From assembly GCA_905330805.1 (NCBI GenBank), contig CAJNWK010000300.1, positions 46,020 through 51,810 of the forward strand: a stretch of 5,791 nt of DNA, in the 5' to 3' direction. The stretch is from Rotaria sp. (taxonomy: Eukaryota). The notes below the pieces were generated by a model that was not told where the DNA came from, did no database searches, and worked only from the letters and a program-made list of their open reading frames with translations. The translations under genes were made by a program, and so were the position numbers. Below are positions 1 to 5,791 of this stretch, in pieces; the stretch's first letter is position 1; each line of letters starts with the position of its first letter.

Positions 1-899
1 AGTAAATCAAGGTGCAGAGTTCAAACTTGAGCTTAGTTCGGTCCCATATCCTATTGGTTTGGCAACGCGGAATATAAATCAAGATTTTAAATGGTAGATT
101 TGACAGTATAATTTTGATATTGAGATAATCTAGGATGATTGATTTGTATGATTCACTTTTTGAAGTACACATAACTCTCGGATTTAAATCCGAAGTTTCC
201 GCATTTATTTTAGTCATTTAATAGAATAAATTAACCTAGATATTTATTCATGTTGATTTATTTTTATAACGATAGAGTTCAAAATTCAAATATGAGAATT
301 AATTCTTCAGATAACTATTGATATTCCCTTTTTTCTTTTTTTCTCATTTAATGAAATTCTTAAATTAAAATAAGAAAATTTAATATGAGATATGTTTTAT
401 AATCTGATCATAGAGAAAACTAATTATATATTTATTTTTTCATTTCAATTCTATAAAAATTTATTTATTTATTGAATGTAAATTCTTTTTTGAAAGTTGA
501 ACATTGAATATCAATGAAATATAGTTGTAACAATTAATTAAATAACACGCTTTCTATTGATAATAAAATCTATCAATAGAAGAAAACATAGTAAAGAGCA
601 AAAAAAGAAGTGAGATAATATGAATATCAACACCCAAACGAAAAATAATGACACAATCAAATATATTATTAAGGCTTCTTTCTCAATAATTATATTTTAA
701 TAATTTTCTTGAAAAATATTTTGTGCTTTTTTTATTATTATTATAACAGATCGATGAATCAATATGAATATAATCGTGTTCCAATTGTTCTAAGACGAAT
801 TAATCCTCAATGATCATCAAAATTAATATTATATAAATAAATTATTATTTCTATTAGATAAGACCATATGATGATAGATAACATTATGGAAATAATTAT

Positions 900-1073
900 A
901 TGTCAGATATTCAATCAAATATATTAACTAAATCATTAGATATTCAACCACAATCATCAACAAAACAAATTAAATTAAACAATAATAAAAATCAGTATGG
1001 ACAACCTTGGTCAATTTCAGAATTATCAATAAATTATGTTGAATTATCATCAAATAGAAATTTTCTATTTTCA
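900..1073 (+). other. Candidate first coding exon of the NHL gene (58 aa, N-terminal tail)
   Basis: ATG-start reading frame MSDIQSNILTKSLDIQPQSSTKQIKLNNNKNQYGQPWSISELSINYVELSSNRNFLFS, followed at 1074 by GTAAAAAT (donor-like). The frame beyond this point is low-complexity T-rich and intron-like. Confidence 0.55.
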
Positions 1074-1104
1074 GTAAAAATTTCTTTTTTTCATTTTTAT
1101 ATAG

Positions 1105-1355
1105 AAATAATCTTTATTATCAACCATTGAATATTGATGATAAACAAGATCAATAATATATTTTTCCTAATAACTTTTCATTTATTCAAAGCAATTCTGA
1201 ACTAAACTCAAAACTAAATTATAATTATAATTGTAACAAACGTTTTAACACACTGTTTATTATTTTTAGTATATTTATTTTTGTATTTGCTATAGCAGCA
1301 ATGGCTATTTCAATTTATTTACTTATTCGTCTTATGGAAACAACAAGCACAACAA
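1105..1355 (+). other. Candidate second exon encoding the transmembrane segment
   Basis: Frame starting at 1106: NNLYYQPLNIDDKQDQ*YIFPNNFSFIQSNSELNSKLNYNYNCNKRFNTLFIIFSIFIFVFAIAAMAISIYLLIRLMETTSTT, with one internal TAA at 1154-1156. It ends at donor-like GTAAAAAG (1356). About 25 hydrophobic residues in a row indicate a TM helix. Confidence 0.55.
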
Positions 1356-1534
1356 GTAAAAAGCGTATTATATCTGATTATTATCCTATCTTTTTCATAT
1401 TATATAGACAAAAACAGAACTTCTTTTATTTATTGTAAACATTTCATCTCTTTTCTTGTGTTTTATAAATTTAAAAAAAAACCATAAATCATAATTGATT
1501 TTTTATCATTATAAAATATAATTATTTTAAATAG
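1356..1534 (+). other. Candidate intron (179 bp), GT...AG
   Basis: Donor GTAAAAAG at 1356 and acceptor ATTTTAAATAG ending 1534. The split codon A|CT (Thr) keeps the frame from ...METTSTT into TSTQLRWNLTGLTIVG. Confidence 0.6.
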
Positions 1535-1907
1535 CTACTAGTACTCAACTTCGTTGGAATTTAACAGGCTTGACAATTGTTGGCATAAGAGGTTCATCAG
1601 GTTCAGCTTCAAATCAATTATATACTCCTTATCATTTAACATTAAATTTAAATTATTTCGCTTTATGTTGCTGATTCCGATAATCATCGAGTTCAAAAAT
1701 ATTTAAAAAATTCATCAGCTGGAACAACAGTAGCTGGTAAAAATGCAACAGCAACTACTGCTTTAGATAATTTATATTATTCAACTGGAATTATTGTTGA
1801 TTCACGTATGAATTTCTATATAGCAGATACAAACAATAATTGAGTTATGTTTTGGTCGAATGGTGCATCATCAGGAACACAAATAGCTGGTTCAAATAAG
1901 AGACTAT
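1535..1907 (+). other. Candidate third exon with two NHL-like repeats (frameshifted and carrying a nonsense codon); 3' border uncertain
   Basis: TSTQLRWNLTGLTIVGIRGSSGSASNQLYTPYHLTLNLNYFAL, then after a frame change near 1663 YVADSDNHRVQKYLKNSSAGTTVAGKNATATTALDNLYYSTGIIVDSRMNFYIADTNNN*VMFWSNGASSGTQIAGSNK. TGA is at 1841-1843. Confidence 0.65.
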
Positions 1908-1909
1908 TA

Positions 1910-2016
1910 TCCATTTCAAATTAAAAGAAGGATAAGTATTTGTGGAATAATTTTCGATAGGAACTCGATATAGATCTGCAGTTTTCACCGTTCAAAAGAG
2001 AAAATGAAACTGCATC
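1910..2016 (+). repeat. Left terminal inverted repeat of the MITE-like element
   Basis: Matches the reverse complement of 2277-2383 over 107 bp, about 90% identity by eye. Shared blocks include TCCATTTCAAATTAAAAGAAGG, GGAATAATTTT, TCGATAGGAACTCGATATAGAT, TTTTCACCGTT and GAGAAAATGAAACTGCATC. Confidence 0.88.
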
Positions 2017-2276
2017 AACCCCTGAATACCAAAGTTTTCTCAGGACTACTCGCCAAGTTTCTAAAACAGAAAACATTGTGTAATGTAAATGTTTTGGAAT
2101 TTTGTTTTTCAACATTGCAACAGAATTATTAACTAAAGTTCAATAATCTATATAAGTTCGGCGTTAAAAAGGTTTAGCCAATCAACAGTTATTCATGTTT
2201 TACTAAACGTTTTCGGCAGATTTTTAACAAAAAATTGACATTTTTCTAATTTTTTGATGAAAAATTCACTTTCTTC

Positions 2277-2383
2277 GATGCAGTTTCATTTTCTCCTTTT
2301 AACGGTGAAAACCACATATCTATATCGAGTTCCTATCGAAAATTATTCCTAAAATACTCACCCTTCTTTTAATTTGAAATGGA
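2277..2383 (-). repeat. Right terminal inverted repeat of the MITE-like element
   Basis: GATGCAGTTTCATTTTCTCCTTTTAACGGTGAAAAC...ATCTATATCGAGTTCCTATCGA...CCTTCTTTTAATTTGAAATGGA is the inverted copy of 1910-2016. Confidence 0.88.
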
Positions 2384-2519
2384 TATTAATTAGTAAATTT
2401 TTAAAAAAAGAAAACAATATCGAATTAATTGTTTTGTTTAATTTCTAAAATAATTTTTTTCAAATATAGATCAACTCAATTAATTTGAAAAAAAGATTAT
2501 TTTTATTTTATTTATTCAG

Positions 2520-3092
2520 CTTCAGCAAGTTCATCAAACAATGAATTAGATAATCCATATGGTATTACACGTAATTCAAATACAGACACACTTTATATAG
2601 CTGATACGAACAATAATCGTATTATGGGTTATGGATCAAATGTTTCATCTGGTTATATTGTTACAGGAGGAAATGGTAAAGGTACAGTTATTTGGCCCAA
2701 GAGGAATTTATTTTGATTCATCATCTAACAGTTTAATTATTGCTAATTATGATGCTCATAATATTGTTCGTTGGAGTTTAGATGATAGTTATTGGACATT
2801 AATTGCTGGTATAACTGGTTTACTTGGTAATTCATCAAAATAACTTAATAGTCCTGTAGGTGTAACAGTTGATAACATGGGTAATGTTTATGTTGCCAAT
2901 ACATTAAATCATCGTATACAACTATTCTTAGCTGGTCAATTAAATGGAACAACTATTGCTGGTGTTACAAGTGTAAGTGGAAATAGTGCTATTTTACTTA
3001 GTACTCCTTTTTTGGTTGCACTTGATACTCAACGAAATTTATACGTCGCAGACATGGTTAATAGTAGAATACAAAAATTCATAAAATACTAA
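2520..3092 (+). other. Candidate last exon with about four NHL-like repeats (frameshifted near 2681-2687, nonsense at 2841)
   Basis: Acceptor-like TTTTATTTTATTTATTCAG ends at 2519. Translation SASSSNNELDNPYGITRNSNTDTLYIADTNNNRIMGYGSNVSSGYIVTGGNGKG, then QLFGPRGIYFDSSSNSLIIANYDAHNIVRWSLDDSYWTLIAGITGLLGNSSK*LNSPVGVTVDNMGNVYVANTLNHRIQLFLAGQLNGTTIAGVTSVSGNSAILLSTPFLVALDTQRNLYVADMVNSRIQKFIKY*. Includes the supplied ORFs 2631-2843 and 2877-3092. Confidence 0.75.
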
Positions 3093-3260
3093 TTAATCTT
3101 TGCTATTTAAATTTCGCTGTTCTTATATCTTGAAAATATTTATAAATTAAAATGAATTTGAAGAGAATTATTCTTCTCATTTATATTTTCTTTTTAGTAT
3201 TATTTGTATCAATTTAAATTTTAGAAAATATAAGTCTTTTTTTTTGTGTCTCAACATATA

Positions 3261-3436
3261 TTATGAATTGTTAGTATCAATTTGACTTTCAATGAATTCT
3301 GTAAAAGCATTATAAACTTCGGCTTTTGATTTGCTTCGATCATAATTGAATGTCCCATTTGTTGGTTTGCCATTTATTTTTACCAAACAAAAGCTTGGCA
3401 TGTAATATGAAGCACGATATGTACATGTATTATCAC
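3261..3436 (-). CDS. Last exon of an uncharacterised minus-strand protein gene
   Basis: After the acceptor (ATATAATAG), the frame reads GDNTCTYRASYYMPSFCLVKINGKPTNGTFNYDRSKSKAEVYNAFTEFIESQIDTNNS*. The 5' part of supplied ORF 3261-3467 (MFNNIYIYII) is translated intron. Confidence 0.6.
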
Positions 3437-3492
3437 CTATTATATATATATATATATTATTGAACATTTATCATATTATTGAAAACTTATAC
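3437..3492 (-). other. 56-bp intron containing a TA dinucleotide run
   Basis: On the minus strand: AAAAAG|GTATAAGTTTTC...TATATATATATATATAATAG|GTGATAAT. Splicing joins CAA AAA G + GT GAT AAT, giving ...LTLQKGDNTCTY..., phase-consistent. Confidence 0.65.
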
Positions 3493-3670
3493 CTTTTTGT
3501 AAAGTGAGTCCAATATTATTGCCACATCCCCAAAAATTATCTTTTGATTCAACATGAGACCAACCATTCCATACTTCATCACTGTTACCACCAAAATTCC
3601 AATTATGATCAGCTGATTGTATAAATATTTGCATTATTCTTAGTACAGATATGTTTCTTGTTCGAGAAGG
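3493..3670 (-). CDS. Upstream exon of the uncharacterised minus-strand protein (5' limit uncertain)
   Basis: Minus-strand translation PSRTRNISVLRIMQIFIQSADHNWNFGGNSDEVWNGWSHVESKDNFWGCGNNIGLTLQKG. Acceptor-like AACAATAG lies just upstream (ends 3671), with an in-frame stop overlapping it. A start at the internal Met (3634) is an alternative. Confidence 0.5.
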
Positions 3671-5580
3671 CTATTGTTAAGTAGAGTTTTAATGTCTCTC
3701 AAATATATATGTTAGAAAAGTGGCAAATGACTCATCGATGCAATCTACGCGTCATTTTTCTTGTGAGTATTGCACAACAACGACGAAGTAAAAAAAGAAT
3801 GAATCAAACAATAAGTTACCAAGTATAAAAAGAAAAAGAATATAACGTAAGATGAATAATTAGAATAATTCACAAAAAAAAAACTTATTGAATGAGAATA
3901 TTGGAATAATATTTGGTCTCATAATACTAATTTATAGCGAAAGATAAGATAAAAAAGAGCATATTGGAAAGAAGAGAATAATTATTACAATGATAACCTA
4001 TTAATTTCTGAAGAATTAATACTATATTTAAAAAAACTCTATTCTGTTTTGATCATCTGAAGCTATTTTGTTTGTTAATTGTATTTGTGTTCTGCTTGCA
4101 TACCAATCTTGTTTGACTCGAAACGTTATTGTTTATGATTCATATTAGGTTTGCTCATAGTTTTATATGCTTTCTATTTGTGTCAGAGAGAAAGTCGATT
4201 GATGTTTGTTTTGAACTGAACGGAGCCAACCGAATTTGGGTGATGTGATGTCGATGTGTAGGGCTGCTCTTATTACACTCACACCAACTCCCAACCAGAT
4301 CCATATTCTCGTTAGTTAAGAGAATACTATATTGTGTAAAATCATCTTCTACAGTGAGTATGGACGTGAATGAATAGAGCGAAGTCATAGGTGTAGGGCT
4401 TTGTATAGTTGTGCTTAGAGATGGTCGATTCGTTCTTTCTGTTCATTCTGATCTTCACATCCCAACCGAGGTTCTCAAAATTTTTGGTACTTTTAGACGA
4501 ATGCTCCATATTTCGTATTCTGAGTACAATAATGTGTGAAAGTAGACAAGGTGTACGATGTATACTTGAGTGCATGTTGGTAATATATAGTGTAGGAATG
4601 TGCCTTCTTGTAATACACATTTAAATCTTACATTTACACACTGAAGCTCAAGATAGTTCATCGTTTTTAATTTTCAAGAGCGTAAACCTTGATTCAGACT
4701 TATTCATCTAATATAAGATAGATTTCAAGCTCATTGGTTGATATTTTAACTTCTTTTGTATGGAGAACAGTTAAGCGAGCTTTATTCATTTTCTCTTCCT
4801 ATGCATTGAAATTTTTACGAATAGTATTACATCAAGTGTAGAGGAAGAGAAAGAATCGAGAACTTGGAAAATTCCAACCAATTGACTTTCAAATATAATT
4901 CAATGTACTTCATCAAATTGTAACTTTATTTAAAAATGGATACATATTGATGGTGAAGAAAATTTCATCCCTCAACTACATTGTCGACCTTCTAATTAGT
5001 TTGATGCATATTCCTAAGTAAAAAGTTACGGATAAAAATAATGATTTACCATCTGTACTATTTTATTAATTAATACCAGTTTATAACAGTGATATCATAT
5101 GCAATTGATTCAAACTTAATATATTCCCCTGGCCAAAAATAATTTCACACAGTATTTTCAATAAATCATTATTATAAATTAACATTTTTGGAAAAATAAA
5201 AATATATTCGGATAGCCCAAAGAATTCTCTACAAATCTATACATGTAAGTTTTGAATTTCACTTGTTGACTAAAAATAAATTCAAGCACAACAAAAGTAC
5301 CCTCATCGTCAGATTCCCTGGAAATGCATTTTTGTTTCTTCATCCATTTTTTCAAAAGTATTTTTAATTTTAGAACAATTTATTACAAAGGCAAGTATAT
5401 ATTTTGAAAGCGCATGAAATTCTCTATCAACCTGTATATTTTTGTTTTATCTTGCGTTTCTTTGCTGTAGTGAATAAATGCAAGAAAATATATAAATATA
5501 GAGGATTTAATTTGCTTTGAGAATATATACGTACTTTCGCAATAACTTATGACAAATTTAGTTTTATGGGCATTTGTAAA

Positions 5581-5791
5581 TACAGGGGTTCCCAAAATTA
5601 TAGGACCCCCCCTACAAGTCTGAGAATAATAAAGTTTTCACCAACTGAAGAAGCTTTGATAAGGGATCTAGTGTCATATATATAGACACCACTAAAGCAC
5701 CTATCATGTGCTATATTGATCTGTATTTGGTTAAATATTTATAATATTTAGATTCAAGAAATTTTGAATTTCACTGCTTGCATAATTATAG
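5581..5791 (+). mobile_element. Possible terminus of a Tc1/mariner-like DNA transposon, truncated by the window edge
   Basis: TACAGGGGTTCCCAAAATTATAGGACCCCCCC begins with TA and CAG followed by a (C)CCAAAATTAT..GGAC core. This resembles the general layout of Tc1/mariner terminal repeats. No partner repeat or transposase is seen in the window. Confidence 0.35.

Larger units (their letters stand above)
1910..2383. mobile_element. Foldback/MITE-like non-autonomous DNA transposon, 474 bp, TA target-site duplication
   Basis: Ends are inverted repeats: TCCATTTCAAATTAAAAGAAGG...GAAAATGAAACTGCATC (1910-2016) against the reverse complement of 2277-2383. TA lies immediately outside both ends (1908-1909 and 2384-2385). 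No credible transposase coding inside. It sits inside the NHL gene. Confidence 0.85.
900..3092 (+). pseudogene. Probable decayed NHL-repeat (beta-propeller) protein gene with N-terminal transmembrane segment
   Basis: Conceptual pieces in order: MSDIQSNILTK...NRNFLFS; NCNKRFNTLFIIFSIFIFVFAIAAMAISIYLLIRLMETTSTT (TM helix); TSTQLRWNLTGLTIVGIRGSSGSASNQLYTPYHLTL; YVADSDNHRVQKYLKNSSAGTTVAG; GIIVDSRMNFYIADTNNN*VMFWSNGASSGTQIAGSN; ASSSNNELDNPYGITRNSNTDTLYIADTNNNRIMGYG; QLFGPRGIYFDSSSNSLIIANYDAHNIVRWSLD; LNSPVGVTVDNMGNVYVANTLNHRIQLF; TPFLVALDTQRNLYVADMVNSRIQKFIKY*. Repeated xLYVADxxNxRIQ motifs define NHL-like repeats. Lesions: TAA 1154, TGA 1841, TAA 2841, frameshifts near 1663 and 2681-2687, frame discontinuity near 1074-1105, element insertion 1910-2383. 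Confidence 0.82.

Noticed and set aside
180-193. 14-bp perfect palindrome CGGATTTAAATCCG
   Set aside because: Short, isolated and AT-centred, with no associated gene or repeated copy; chance occurrence is plausible.
1921-2115. Minus-strand ORF MLKNKIPKHLHYTMFSVLETW...
   Set aside because: It lies inside the MITE-like element and reads into its inverted repeat; no domain-like pattern, most likely incidental.
900-3092. Reading the in-frame stops as a reassigned genetic code
   Set aside because: Both TAA and TGA occur, at sites fitting Gln and Arg respectively, and frameshifts and a transposon insertion coexist; pseudogenisation explains everything more simply.
4155-4661. Four supplied overlapping ORFs on both strands
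   Set aside because: Each is under 95 aa with no recognisable domain or splice-consistent neighbours; translations look random.
5383-5595. Minus-strand ORF MGTPVFTNAHKTKFVISYCESTYIFSKQIKSSIF...
   Set aside because: Its start overlaps the putative transposon terminus and the translation is Lys/Ile/Phe-rich AT noise without domain features.
5243-5775. Repeated word TTTTGAATTTCACT near 5246 and near 5762
   Set aside because: Only about 14 bp in AT-rich DNA; flanks do not extend the match, so it does not support direct repeats.

Overview
AT-rich eukaryotic (intron-containing) DNA. Codon style, short introns and NHL-repeat architecture suggest a bdelloid-rotifer-like genome; that is inference, not proven. 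The left half holds a plus-strand gene, about 900-3092. It encodes an N-terminal cytoplasmic-type tail, one transmembrane helix and about six NHL/beta-propeller-like repeats. It looks decayed: three in-frame stops, at least two internal frameshifts plus a further frame discontinuity, and a 474-bp foldback/MITE-like element (107-bp terminal inverted repeats, TA target duplication) at 1910-2383. A convergent minus-strand gene 3' part (about 3261-3670) has a phase-consistent 56-bp intron and encodes an unrecognised Cys/Trp/Gly-rich protein. A Tc1/mariner-like terminus starts at 5581-5582 and probably runs off the window. The supplied ORFs at 4155-4661 do not look like convincing genes. I found no evidence for CRISPR, rRNA, tRNA or a defence-type system, and no clearly new biological system.
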